Assembly (NCBI GenBank): GCA_943789355.1
Contig: CALSTU010000004.1
Location: forward strand, 585,412-649,411
DNA from: an uncultured Flavobacteriales bacterium
GTDB taxonomy: Bacteria; Bacteroidota; Bacteroidia; Flavobacteriales; UBA7430
Length of the DNA stretch: 64,000 nucleotides
Reading direction: 5' to 3'
The notes under the pieces are model-generated. The model searched no databases, was not told the origin of the DNA, and saw only the letters and a program-made list of their open reading frames with translations. Shown here piece by piece: positions 19,502-29,531 of the stretch. A program made the position numbers and the translations under genes. Positions within the stretch are counted from its first letter, which is position 1. Each line of letters starts with the position of its first letter.

Positions 19502-19527
19502 TTTCTGATTCTAAAGAACCCTCAAAC

Positions 19528-19998
19528 GTGAAGAATTTAATCGGCATGTACGAATGCAAGGTAGACGCAAAAGGGCGCCTCATGCTACCGTCTGGATTGA
19601 AAAGACAGCTTGCTGCTGAGCTTCAAGAGGGTTTTGTGCTCAAGCGTTCGGTCTTTAACACCTGCTTGGAACTTCACACCCTCAAGGAGTGGAATGGGGT
19701 CATGGCTGAGGTCAATCAACTCAATCGCTTCGTAAAGAAGAACAATGACTTTATAAGAAGATTCACTGCGGGTGTAAGAATGGTAGAGGCTGATGCGACT
19801 GCTCGTATTCAAATCCCAAAAGACTTAATCCATTTTGCAAGTATTGAAAAGCAATTGGTCTTAGCCTCTGTAGGAAACGTTGTGGAGATCTGGGATAAGA
19901 AGCAGTACGAAAAGGTTGTGAATGATCCTGAGGTAGACTTTGGAGCTCTCGCAGAAGAGGTGATGGGTAATTCGACAAACACCTCCGACGATGACTAA
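19528..19998 (+). CDS. mraZ: Transcriptional regulator MraZ
   Basis: Two SpoVT/AbrB-like halves (DAKGRLMLPSGLKRQL and ADATARIQIPKDL). First gene of the dcw cluster. The start is GTG 19528 or ATG 19546; the ORF-track start 19399 overlaps the promoter. Confidence 0.85.
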   Translation: MKNLIGMYECKVDAKGRLMLPSGLKRQLAAELQEGFVLKRSVFNTCLELHTLKEWNGVMAEVNQLNRFVKKNNDFIRRFTAGVRMVEADATARIQIPKDLIHFASIEKQLVLASVGNVVEIWDKKQYEKVVNDPEVDFGALAEEVMGNSTNTSDDD

Positions 19999-20890
19999 GT
20001 ACCACGACCCTGTTCTACTGGATGAGTGTTTGGAGGGCTTGAACCTTCAGCCAAAAGGAATCTATGTAGACGTGACGTTTGGTGGTGGAGGACATTCAAG
20101 AGCTATTGTTTCGAAACTAGATGAAGGACATCTGTATGCCTTCGATCAAGATGATGACGCTTTGGAGAATGAGATGGATGACGATCGCTTCACTTTGATC
20201 CATGCCAACTTTAGAGATTTGAAAAATTCACTTCGCATGTATGGGGTAAAGGAAATAGACGGATTGCTTGCCGACTTAGGCGTTTCTTCGCATCAGTTTG
20301 ATGTTCCCGATAGAGGGTTTTCCATACGTTTTGATGCAAATTTAGACATGCGCATGGATCAAAACTCCGATTTGAATGCAGCTAAAATTCTGAATGCCTA
20401 CGAGCAAGGTGAACTTCGAAATATTTTAAAATTATACGGGGAGTTAAAGCGCCCCGGAACCATTGCACGTGTCATTTATGAGGCAAAAGCGGAGCGGCCT
20501 ATCGAAACGGTTCAGCAGTTGAAGGAATTGTTGAAGCCCTACGCCCCAAAAATGCAAGAGAATAAATTTTTCGCGCAAGTATTTCAGGCACTCCGGATTG
20601 AGGTTAACGATGAGTTGAATGCCTTGCAGGAGATGTTGACGCAAGCTCAAGATATTCTTAAGCCGGGAGGAAGGCTTGTGGTGATCTCTTACCATTCTTT
20701 GGAAGATAGACTGGTGAAAAATCTCATACAAAAAGGGAATTTTGAAGGAGAGCTTGAGCAAGATTTTTACGGTAATAAATTATTGAGTTTTAAGAAAATA
20801 AGTCGCAAACCCATTTTGCCGACGGAGCAAGAAATTCAAAGAAATAATCGGGCAAGAAGCGCCAAATTAAGAGTAGCAGAAAAATTATAA
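19991..20890 (+). CDS. rsmH: 16S rRNA (cytosine1402-N4)-methyltransferase RsmH (MraW)
   Basis: HDPVLLDE, DVTFGGGGHS, DLGVSSHQ and SYHSLEDR motifs. Confidence 0.93.
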   Translation: MTKYHDPVLLDECLEGLNLQPKGIYVDVTFGGGGHSRAIVSKLDEGHLYAFDQDDDALENEMDDDRFTLIHANFRDLKNSLRMYGVKEIDGLLADLGVSSHQFDVPDRGFSIRFDANLDMRMDQNSDLNAAKILNAYEQGELRNILKLYGELKRPGTIARVIYEAKAERPIETVQQLKELLKPYAPKMQENKFFAQVFQALRIEVNDELNALQEMLTQAQDILKPGGRLVVISYHSLEDRLVKNLIQKGNFEGELEQDFYGNKLLSFKKISRKPILPTEQEIQRNNRARSAKLRVAEKL

Positions 20891-20893
20891 GAC

Positions 20894-21241
20894 GTGATAA
20901 AACCAACTTGGAATAAGCTGTTTCATGAATTTGGGAATCGATGTAAAGGTTTCTACGCATCACAATTGGCTCCCAAAAACATCTTAGTGACCTCTTGGAA
21001 TATGGTTTTATTTATTTCTTTTTTGGCGATTCTTTTGGTGTACAGTTCTCACCGAGTCGATCGAAAAGTAATTCGGATTAGTAAGCTCAATGAAGAGCTT
21101 AAGGATTTGCGTTCGAGACACATCGATATGCGAACCAGCCTAACCGGATTAAGCAAACCAACAAAAGTAGCTGAGAAGGTAAAGCCTTTAGGCTTGTCCA
21201 GTTCCATAGAAGCACCGTTTAAAATAGAGCTCAATAACTAA
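20894..21241 (+). CDS. ftsL: FtsL-like cell division membrane protein
   Basis: Small bitopic protein (TM segment WNMVLFISFLAILLVYSS) followed by a coiled region. It sits in the conserved slot between rsmH and ftsI. GTG start. Confidence 0.6.
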   Translation: MIKPTWNKLFHEFGNRCKGFYASQLAPKNILVTSWNMVLFISFLAILLVYSSHRVDRKVIRISKLNEELKDLRSRHIDMRTSLTGLSKPTKVAEKVKPLGLSSSIEAPFKIELNN

Positions 21242-21242
21242 A

Positions 21243-23300
21243 ATGACAGAAAAGAAGGCCATATTTCTTCGCGTAATGCTGATTAGCTCGCTAATCGTAG
21301 TTGCGGCTGTGGCTATTTTCATTCAATTGATAAATGTGCAGGCGGAGTTTTCGGATCGAGTGGCGATGAATGATCCGGTTATTAAGCTTAGAGAGATTCC
21401 TTCACCACGCGGAAATATTTATGACGTGCACGGTAATTTGCTAGCAACATCTATGCCTGTGTATACCATTGCTATAGATGCTACACAAGCTTCGGACACC
21501 TTGTTTGAAAATAATTATAGAGCTCTTGCTGAGGGTCTTTCAGAGATATTTAGTGATTTATCGGCTTCGGATTATGCAGAGAAGCTTCGTCAATCGAGGC
21601 GCAAACAGAAACAGTATTTGCGGCTGAAGTCAGGCATCAGATATTCAGAACTTCAAAAGGTCAAGGATCTGCCCATCTTAAGAGAGGGTCGCTACAAAGG
21701 AGGCTTTGTTTATACACAAGAAACCAAACGAACAAAACCTTTCGGAACGTTGTGCGAACGAACCATCGGATACGGAAGGGACGTTAGTGATGTTGGTCTT
21801 GAAAAGGCATACGACCGCTATTTAAAGGGCAAGTCAGGCAAGCAGTTGATGCAAAAAATTAACGGTGGTGTATGGAAGCCTTTGAGCAACACGCAAGACG
21901 TTGAGCCTGTTTCCGGTGCAGATGTATATTCTACCATTGACATACGGATACAAGATGTTGCCCAAACCGCTTTGTTAAGAAGTTTGGAGACTTATGAGGC
22001 TGAAAATGGTTCTGTCATTCTGATGGATGTAAAAACAGGAGCCATTCGAGCCATGTCTAGTTTAAAACGAACGGAAGAAGGAAAGTATGCTGAGAAATTC
22101 AATTATGCCATTGGAGCTGCGTATGAACCGGGGTCTACATTTAAGTTAGCTTCTTTGTTGGTGGCCCTGGAAGATGGGCATGTAGATACGGCCCAAATCG
22201 TGGATACTCAAAATGGAGCTTTTAAGTTTTACGATCGAATCATGAAAGATTCAAATTACGAGCACGGTGGACACGGTAAAATCAGTGTAGGTAAAGCATT
22301 TAAAGTATCCTCAAATATAGGGATCGCAAGAACGATTGTAGACCACTACAAAGAGGAACAGTTATTTGTGGACCGTTTGGCTCGATTGGGTATCAGCGAC
22401 AAGTTGGATTTTGAATTGCTTGGTGAGGCCTCGCCCTGGATAAAAAATACCGATGACCCTACATGGTCGGGTGTTTCTCTGCCCTGGATGGCTTTCGGTT
22501 ATGAGTTGAAAATGACAGCGCTACAGATTCTCGCATTGTATAATGCCGTAGCTAATGGCGGCGAACTTGTTAAGCCGCGATTGGTCGATCGAGTACAAAG
22601 TGGAGAGAAATTGATGGATGTGAGAAGTGTAGAGGTTTTAAAGCCAAGTATATGCTCCGAGAAAACCATTGATATTTTACAAGATTTATTAGTGGGTGCT
22701 GTAAAGGATGGTACAGCACGTAATATATACTCCAAAAGATATTCTTGTGCGGGCAAGACCGGAACCGCGAAGATCGCTAGTGAGGGTTCTTACGGTTCCG
22801 AGTATCGCGCTTCTTTTGTTGGATACTTCCCAGCTGAAAACCCAAAATACTCCTGTATTGTGGTGGTTACCAAACCGAAAAAAGAGATTGGTTTTTACGG
22901 AAATATTGTAGCCGCTCCTGTTTTTAAAGAGTTGCGTGATAAGTTGTATGCCGAAAAGCCGATCGACACCCCGAACTTAGGAGGTGAAGATGCTTCTTCA
23001 TACATGGGTAAGCTTTACGAGTTGAACGAAATTCACGAGGTTTTGTCTTATCCTAAAGATCAATCCTTTCAAAAAAACACATGGATGATGTCAGACGGTT
23101 CGTCCTTGCAACCTTTTGATTTTGAAAAGGGTTCAATACCCAACGTCAAGGGTATGCCCGCCATGGATGCGCTCTATTTACTAGAAAATATGGGATTGGA
23201 AGTGGAGTTGCAAGGTCGTGGAAAAGTTGTGCGACAGTCCTTAAAAGCGGGAGATAAATTGGGTAAAAATCAAAAAATAGCTTTGCGTTTGGCCTCATGA
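21243..23300 (+). CDS. ftsI: Penicillin-binding protein 3 (FtsI transpeptidase) with C-terminal PASTA domain
   Basis: N-terminal TM segment. Motifs STFK, SSN and KTGT. PASTA-like C-terminus (VKGMPAMDALYLLENMGLEVELQG). Confidence 0.88.
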   Translation: MTEKKAIFLRVMLISSLIVVAAVAIFIQLINVQAEFSDRVAMNDPVIKLREIPSPRGNIYDVHGNLLATSMPVYTIAIDATQASDTLFENNYRALAEGLSEIFSDLSASDYAEKLRQSRRKQKQYLRLKSGIRYSELQKVKDLPILREGRYKGGFVYTQETKRTKPFGTLCERTIGYGRDVSDVGLEKAYDRYLKGKSGKQLMQKINGGVWKPLSNTQDVEPVSGADVYSTIDIRIQDVAQTALLRSLETYEAENGSVILMDVKTGAIRAMSSLKRTEEGKYAEKFNYAIGAAYEPGSTFKLASLLVALEDGHVDTAQIVDTQNGAFKFYDRIMKDSNYEHGGHGKISVGKAFKVSSNIGIARTIVDHYKEEQLFVDRLARLGISDKLDFELLGEASPWIKNTDDPTWSGVSLPWMAFGYELKMTALQILALYNAVANGGELVKPRLVDRVQSGEKLMDVRSVEVLKPSICSEKTIDILQDLLVGAVKDGTARNIYSKRYSCAGKTGTAKIASEGSYGSEYRASFVGYFPAENPKYSCIVVVTKPKKEIGFYGNIVAAPVFKELRDKLYAEKPIDTPNLGGEDASSYMGKLYELNEIHEVLSYPKDQSFQKNTWMMSDGSSLQPFDFEKGSIPNVKGMPAMDALYLLENMGLEVELQGRGKVVRQSLKAGDKLGKNQKIALRLAS

Positions 23301-24751
23301 AATTACTTAAAGACATATTGTATAAGGTGGAGTTGGATTCCATTTACGGGAATACAAACAGTGCGATTTCGCATTTGTGTTTTGATTCTCGTGAGGTCCA
23401 GAAAGACGCTCTTTTTGTTGCCGTTAAGGGCAGTGTCTCTGACGGACATTCCTACATTCAAACAGCTATTGATCAGGGTGCTTTAGCTATTGTTTGCGAG
23501 GTTCTTCCTGCTGACTTACAAATCGATATTGTTTACGTCAAAGTGAAAGACTCTGCACATGCTTTAGGGGTGATATCTTCTAATTATTACGACAATCCAT
23601 CGGAAAAAATAAAACTTATTGGTGTTACCGGAACCAACGGTAAAACAACCGTAACAACCTTGTTGTATAGTCTTTATCAAGCCCTAGGCTATAAGGTTGG
23701 TTTAATCTCGACCGTGGTGTACAAGGTTGGTTCGACCTCTGTAGATGCAACGCATACCACTCCAGATGCCATACGATTGAATGCCTTGTTAAGCGAAATG
23801 GTTGCAGATGGTTGTAAATATTGTTTCATGGAAGTAAGTTCACATGCTGTTGAACAAGGGCGTATTGCAGGTTTAGATTTTGATCAGGCACTTTTCACGA
23901 ACATCAGTCGAGATCATTTGGATTATCACAACACCTACGATGCTTATATCTCTGCCAAGAAAAAATTCTTCGACGACTTATCGCCTCAAGCGGTGGCTAT
24001 TGTAAATAAAGATAACAAGCATGGGGCAACCATGCTACACCATACCAAAGCAAAAAAGAAAACTTTTTCACTTCGTCTAACAGCAGATTACAAGTGTAAA
24101 ATCATTGAAAATCAATTCAGTGGTCTTCATTTGAGCATCAATGGACAGGATGTTTACACCAAGTTGATTGGAAGTTTTAATGCCGAAAATGTATTGCTAA
24201 CCTACGCCTCTGCATTGGAGTTGGGTGAAGATTCTCTACAAATTTTAACAGTTCTTTCTGCATTAAACGCTGTTGAGGGAAGGTTCCAGCAACTTAAATC
24301 CGATTCCGGGATCACGTCTATTGTTGATTACGCCCACACGCCCGATGCTTTACAAAACGTACTTAAAACCATCGCAGACATTCGTACCGGAAAGGAAAAG
24401 GTGATTTGTGTATTAGGTTGCGGTGGAAATAGAGATGCTGGTAAAAGACCTCTAATGGCTCATGTTGCATGCCAGTGGGCAGATCAGGTGATTTTAACAT
24501 CCGACAATCCTCGTGATGAGGATCCGATGGCGATTATAGAGGACATGAAAGCGGATTTAGAACCCGCTCAGATGAAGAAGGTTCTGACGCTTGTAGATCG
24601 TAAAGAAGCGATTAAGCTTGGGGTTACTTTTTGCAATGAGGGAGACATTTTGTTGGTTGCCGGGAAAGGACATGAGAAGTTTCAGGAAGTGGCTGGCAAA
24701 CGCCTTCCTTTCGACGATATGGCCATTTTAAAAGAGCACTTAAAAGACTAA
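23297..24751 (+). CDS. murE: UDP-N-acetylmuramoyl-L-alanyl-D-glutamate--2,6-diaminopimelate ligase
   Basis: GVTGTNGKTT P-loop and DNPR motif (meso-DAP type). Confidence 0.92.
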   Translation: MKLLKDILYKVELDSIYGNTNSAISHLCFDSREVQKDALFVAVKGSVSDGHSYIQTAIDQGALAIVCEVLPADLQIDIVYVKVKDSAHALGVISSNYYDNPSEKIKLIGVTGTNGKTTVTTLLYSLYQALGYKVGLISTVVYKVGSTSVDATHTTPDAIRLNALLSEMVADGCKYCFMEVSSHAVEQGRIAGLDFDQALFTNISRDHLDYHNTYDAYISAKKKFFDDLSPQAVAIVNKDNKHGATMLHHTKAKKKTFSLRLTADYKCKIIENQFSGLHLSINGQDVYTKLIGSFNAENVLLTYASALELGEDSLQILTVLSALNAVEGRFQQLKSDSGITSIVDYAHTPDALQNVLKTIADIRTGKEKVICVLGCGGNRDAGKRPLMAHVACQWADQVILTSDNPRDEDPMAIIEDMKADLEPAQMKKVLTLVDRKEAIKLGVTFCNEGDILLVAGKGHEKFQEVAGKRLPFDDMAILKEHLKD

Positions 24752-24754
24752 GAT

Positions 24755-25969
24755 ATGTTGTACTATTTATTTACATACTTACAAGAGGCATTCGATCTTA
24801 CGGGCGCAGGAGTGTTTCAATACATTTCTTTCAGAGCAGCTATGGCTGTCATTGTTTCCTTGTTGATATCGATGATCTTTGGTAAGAAAATCATACACAT
24901 ACTGGCTAAAAAGCAAGTCGGAGAGAGTGTAAGAGATCTCGGTTTAGTGGGACAGGCAGAGAAAGCAGGTACGCCTACTATGGGAGGAATCATCATTCTA
25001 AGTTCCATTTTAATACCGACTCTTTTATTTGCAAAACTAGACAATATTTACATCATTTTAATGATTGTTACCACGCTATGGATGGGCTTGATAGGCTTTC
25101 TTGACGATTATATTAAAGTGTTTAAAAAGGATAAAAAAGGCCTTGCTGGGAAATTTAAGGTTTTAGGTCAGGTTTCCTTGGGTTTGATCGTGGGTTCCAT
25201 CCTTTATTTTCACCCCGATGTGGTCGTTCGCGAACAGCTATCTGTAGTCGATCAAGAGAATCAAGTTGTTTTTGTACAGGAAGACGTGAAGTCGACCAAA
25301 ACCACCATTCCTTTTGTTAAAAATAATGAGTTAGATTATTCAGATTTTCTGCCATGGCTCGGAGAAAAGGCGAAAGAATGGGCTTGGCTGATTTTCATAC
25401 CCATGGTCATTTTTATTGTAACAGCGGTATCCAATGGAGCCAATCTAACCGACGGTATTGATGGCTTGGCAACGGGTACTTCAGCCATTATAGGATTGGT
25501 TTTAGCCATTTTTGCATACGTGTCGGGGAACATCATTTTTGCCGACTATCTCAACATCATGTACATTCCCAACTCGGGTGAGTTGGTAATTTTTATTGGT
25601 GCCTTTGTTGGTGCTTGTGTCGGTTTCTTATGGTACAATTCATATCCTGCTCAAGTTTTTATGGGCGATACCGGTAGTTTGGCTATCGGTGGAATTATAG
25701 CTGTTTTTGCTTTAGCCATTCGCAAGGAGCTTCTGATTCCGATCGTTTGTGGAATTTTCTTAATAGAAAACCTATCGGTGGTTCTTCAGGTGTCTTATTT
25801 TAAATACACCAAGAAAAAATATGGGGTTGGAAAGCGTATTTTTTTAATGTCACCGCTACACCATCATTACCAAAAAGCAGGTTTGCATGAAAGTAAAATC
25901 GTAACCCGATTTTGGATTGTAGGGATCATGTTGGCGATTTTAAGTTTTGTAACTCTAAAATTACGCTAG
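24755..25969 (+). CDS. mraY: Phospho-N-acetylmuramoyl-pentapeptide transferase
   Basis: Polytopic membrane protein with [20 protein letters not shown] and [12 protein letters not shown]. Confidence 0.93.
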   Translation: MLYYLFTYLQEAFDLTGAGVFQYISFRAAMAVIVSLLISMIFGKKIIHILAKKQVGESVRDLGLVGQAEKAGTPTMGGIIILSSILIPTLLFAKLDNIYIILMIVTTLWMGLIGFLDDYIKVFKKDKKGLAGKFKVLGQVSLGLIVGSILYFHPDVVVREQLSVVDQENQVVFVQEDVKSTKTTIPFVKNNELDYSDFLPWLGEKAKEWAWLIFIPMVIFIVTAVSNGANLTDGIDGLATGTSAIIGLVLAIFAYVSGNIIFADYLNIMYIPNSGELVIFIGAFVGACVGFLWYNSYPAQVFMGDTGSLAIGGIIAVFALAIRKELLIPIVCGIFLIENLSVVLQVSYFKYTKKKYGVGKRIFLMSPLHHHYQKAGLHESKIVTRFWIVGIMLAILSFVTLKLR

Positions 25970-25972
25970 GTC

Positions 25973-27289
25973 ATGATTGCTGTTTTAGGTGCCGGAGAAA
26001 GTGGGGTGGGTGCAGCCCTTCTAGCAAAGGAAAAGGGATATGATGTTTTTGTTAGTGATTTTGGAATCGTTAAAGACTCTTTGAAAGATGAGTTAAATAA
26101 AAACGCGATTGCTTGGGAAGAAGCTCAGCATTCTGAAGGTAAAATATTAGATGCTGAGATGCTGATAAAAAGCCCCGGCATTCCTGAAACGCAGCTTGTT
26201 GCAAAGGCACGAGCTAAGGGGATAGAAGTTCTTTCAGAGATTGAATTTGCATCGCGATTTACCGCAGGTAAAGTCATAGCAGTAACCGGTAGTAATGGGA
26301 AAACGACCACGGCAAGTTTAATTCATCACCTCCTTCAGGGAGCGGGGTTGGATGTGGGCTTAGCAGGTAATATTGGTGATAGTTTTGCCCGATGCTTGAA
26401 AGAGCGTGACCGTGCCTTTTGGGTTTTGGAATTGAGCAGTTTTCAGTTGGATGACATTCGGCTTTTTAGACCCTACATATCGGTCTTGTTGAATTTTAGT
26501 CCGGATCATTTGGATCGGTATGATGGGCGTATGGAGAAGTATGTTGCTGCAAAGATGCGAATTGCCGAAAACCAAACATCAGAGGATCACTTCATCTATT
26601 GGGAGGCGGATGAATGGACGTTGAAGAACTTAGAAAAAGTGAGCGCAAATAAAATTCCTTTTGGATCTATTTTAAAACCCGAAGGAGCTTATATAGAGAA
26701 CAAACAAATTTGTATTAACATTAACCGAGAGCCGTTAATTATGAGCATACACGAACTAGCATTACAGGGAAAGCACAACTGTTATAATTCAATGGCAGGT
26801 GGAATTGCCGCAAAGTTGTTGGGTATCAGCAATGATATTGTACGAGAATGTTTGTCTGATTTTGAAAAAATCGAACATCGATTAGAACCTGTACTAAAGG
26901 TTTACGGTGTGGAGTACATTAACGACTCCAAGGCAACCAATGTAAACGCTACTTGGTATGCTTTGGATTGCATGAGCAAGCCGACTGTATGGATTTGTGG
27001 GGGTGTAGACAAGGGAAACAATTACGGCGAGCTTCTTTCTTTGGTGGGTGATAAGGTCAAAGCGATCATCTGTTTGGGTAAGGATAATGCCAAGTTGGTA
27101 GAGGCTTTTGGAGGATTGGTTTCTGATGTTCAAGAAGTAAATTCTATGGAAGATGCTGTTAAAGTTGCTTATAGATTAGCAGATAAAGGAGATGCAGTCT
27201 TATTGTCTCCAGCCTGTGCAAGTTTTGATTTGTTTGACAGCTACGAAGATCGTGGCCGTCAGTTTAAAAAACAAATACGATTACTCTAA
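25973..27289 (+). CDS. murD: UDP-N-acetylmuramoylalanine--D-glutamate ligase
   Basis: GAGESG Rossmann start, VTGSNGKTTT, and dcw position. Confidence 0.9.
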   Translation: MIAVLGAGESGVGAALLAKEKGYDVFVSDFGIVKDSLKDELNKNAIAWEEAQHSEGKILDAEMLIKSPGIPETQLVAKARAKGIEVLSEIEFASRFTAGKVIAVTGSNGKTTTASLIHHLLQGAGLDVGLAGNIGDSFARCLKERDRAFWVLELSSFQLDDIRLFRPYISVLLNFSPDHLDRYDGRMEKYVAAKMRIAENQTSEDHFIYWEADEWTLKNLEKVSANKIPFGSILKPEGAYIENKQICININREPLIMSIHELALQGKHNCYNSMAGGIAAKLLGISNDIVRECLSDFEKIEHRLEPVLKVYGVEYINDSKATNVNATWYALDCMSKPTVWICGGVDKGNNYGELLSLVGDKVKAIICLGKDNAKLVEAFGGLVSDVQEVNSMEDAVKVAYRLADKGDAVLLSPACASFDLFDSYEDRGRQFKKQIRLL

Positions 27290-27292
27290 TCA

Positions 27293-28441
27293 TTGAAATG
27301 GATTCGTTACATAAAGGGAGATAAGTATATCTGGGCTATAGCCGTTTTGCTCTCATTGGTTTCTATTGTTCTGGTATACAGCTCAAGTAGTCATTTGGCC
27401 TTTGCTTTTAAACAAGGAAACACTTTTTCTTTTTTGGTAAAGCATCTGATCCATTTGGGAATTGGTTTTTTCATCATGTGGGCTTTGTCTCGCATTCCCT
27501 TTAAATATTTTTACAACAGTTCGATACTTATTTATGGCTTAGCACTTCTATTGGTTTTTTGGGCGATGAGTGGAGGAGAAACCATTTCTGGAGCCAATGC
27601 AAGTCGTTGGATTCGCATTGCTGGATTCACCTTTCAACCCTCTGAGTTGGCTAAGTTAGCGCTCTTTGTTTTGTTGGCGAGGAATTTGGTTCATTACAGA
27701 GATCGCTTGCACTCGTTTAAGCAGTCTTTCCTTCCTGTTCTGGGTCCTGTAATATTGATTTGTGGATTGATACTTCCTTCAAATTTTTCAACGGCAGCCA
27801 TCATTTTTATGATCAGTTTTTTAATCATGTTTGTAGGAAGATATTCCTTGAAATGGTTGAGTGCAATGATTCTAATAGGACTTGTTTCTTTGGGCTTGTT
27901 TTATGCCATTGTCACGAAATTTCCGGAGGTAAGCAATCGAGTGGGTACTTGGAAGTCTCGAATAGAGTCTTTTACGGACAAAAGTAGTGATGGGAACTAC
28001 CAAGTGAATCACGCTAAAACAGCTATAGCGAGAGGTGGAATTTGGGGGAAAGGACCTGGTAAGAGTGTCCAGAAGTATTTTTTACCTCAATCTTCTTCTG
28101 ATTTTATTTTTGCTGTAATCGTAGAGGAGTATGGCGTTATGGGCGGGGGTTTTGTGATTGTGTTGTATTTGTTCTTGCTCTTCAGAATTCTCAGAATAGC
28201 AAGTAAGTCTGATGACGATTTTGCTGTACTGATGACTATAGGCTTAGGTTTTTCAATAATATCTCAAGCCTTCATCAACATGTCTGTTGCTGTAAACCTT
28301 CTTCCTGTTACGGGGCAAACACTCCCTTTAATAAGTGCTGGAGGCTCATCGGTATGGATGACTTGCGCAGCGATAGGTTTGATTTTGAGCATCAGTAATA
28401 GTGTCGATTCATCCACGGAAATGGGTACTTATGAAGCATAA
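27293..28441 (+). CDS. ftsW: FtsW/RodA/SpoVE (SEDS) family peptidoglycan polymerase
   Basis: Polytopic membrane protein with SEDS motifs (FQPSELAK, SDFIFAVI, TGQTLPLISAGGSS). Located between murD and murG. TTG start. Confidence 0.85.
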   Translation: MKWIRYIKGDKYIWAIAVLLSLVSIVLVYSSSSHLAFAFKQGNTFSFLVKHLIHLGIGFFIMWALSRIPFKYFYNSSILIYGLALLLVFWAMSGGETISGANASRWIRIAGFTFQPSELAKLALFVLLARNLVHYRDRLHSFKQSFLPVLGPVILICGLILPSNFSTAAIIFMISFLIMFVGRYSLKWLSAMILIGLVSLGLFYAIVTKFPEVSNRVGTWKSRIESFTDKSSDGNYQVNHAKTAIARGGIWGKGPGKSVQKYFLPQSSSDFIFAVIVEEYGVMGGGFVIVLYLFLLFRILRIASKSDDDFAVLMTIGLGFSIISQAFINMSVAVNLLPVTGQTLPLISAGGSSVWMTCAAIGLILSISNSVDSSTEMGTYEA

Positions 28442-29531
28442 ACGATATATAATCAGCGGCGGGGGTACGGGAGGCCATATTTTCCCAGCGCTTGCCATTG
28501 CTAAAGGGATTGAGAAGCGCGATTCGGAAAGCGAATTTCTTTTTGTAGGTGCATCAGACCGTATGGAGATGCAAAAAATTCCTGCAGCCGGTTACTCCAT
28601 TGAGGGCTTGTGGATTTCAGGTTTTCAAAGATCAAACCCGTTAAAAAATATATGGATTCCGCTCAAGCTAATCTGCAGTATTCTGAAGTCGTTCAGGATC
28701 CTACTTCGATTCAAACCCAAAGTTGTCATAGGGACGGGAGGTTATGCGAGTGGACCACTTCTGTGGGTCGCTTCTTTACTCAATATCCCCACCGTTATTC
28801 AGGAGCAAAATTCTTTTCCAGGTATTACAAACAAAATCTTGGGATCTAAAGTAAACCATATCTGTGTGGCTTATTCAGGTTTAGAGAAGTTCTTCCCGAA
28901 AGAGAAGTTGTGTTTTACCGGAAATCCAATACGTGCCGAGATAGAGTCCGGAGGTTATGATAAAGAGAAAGTCGTTACATCCATGGGCTTTGATGTAAAA
29001 AAACCTCTGGTTTTAGTGGTTGGAGGTAGTTTGGGATCAAAGCGAATCAACGAAACAATATTAAAACACATTTCTTGGTTTCAAGAGAACGATGTGCAGC
29101 TGATATGGCAAACCGGAAGTTTGTATTACAATCGGTGTAAGCCCGCTCAAGAATTACTTGGCGATACAGGAATTGTTAAGGACTTTTTATCAGATATGGG
29201 GGCTGTGCTCACCGCTGCCGATGTCGTCATATCCAGAGCAGGAGCCATAGCATTGTCTGAGTTATGTGCCCTTGGGAAAGCATCCATTCTTGTTCCATCT
29301 CCAAATGTAGCAGAAGACCATCAGAAGAAAAATGCTTTGGCACTTTCTGAAAAGCAGGCTGCAATATTGGTTGAAGAAAAACAGATGGATGTGAAACTTT
29401 TTCAGGTCTTGAATGAGCTTGTCTTTGATGTGGATAAGCAAAGAGAACTCGCCACCAATTGTGCGGAAATGCATCGTCCTAATGCAACTGAGAAAATTGT
29501 AGACCTCATCCAAGAACTTTCTCATGATTAA
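28431..29531 (+). CDS. murG: UDP-N-acetylglucosamine--N-acetylmuramyl-(pentapeptide) pyrophosphoryl-undecaprenol GlcNAc transferase
   Basis: ISGGGTGGHIFPALA and RAGA...E motifs. The ATG at 28431 overlaps the ftsW stop by 11 nt. Confidence 0.9.
   Translation: MKHKRYIISGGGTGGHIFPALAIAKGIEKRDSESEFLFVGASDRMEMQKIPAAGYSIEGLWISGFQRSNPLKNIWIPLKLICSILKSFRILLRFKPKVVIGTGGYASGPLLWVASLLNIPTVIQEQNSFPGITNKILGSKVNHICVAYSGLEKFFPKEKLCFTGNPIRAEIESGGYDKEKVVTSMGFDVKKPLVLVVGGSLGSKRINETILKHISWFQENDVQLIWQTGSLYYNRCKPAQELLGDTGIVKDFLSDMGAVLTAADVVISRAGAIALSELCALGKASILVPSPNVAEDHQKKNALALSEKQAAILVEEKQMDVKLFQVLNELVFDVDKQRELATNCAEMHRPNATEKIVDLIQELSHD

Noticed and set aside
19399-19527. The ORF-track start of mraZ at 19399 gives a 199-aa protein.
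   Set aside because: The extra 43-49 codons cover the phased GTGGTA repeats and the TATATTTG -7 box. MraZ proteins are about 150 aa and begin close to the DAKGR motif. A start at GTG 19528 or ATG 19546 fits better.
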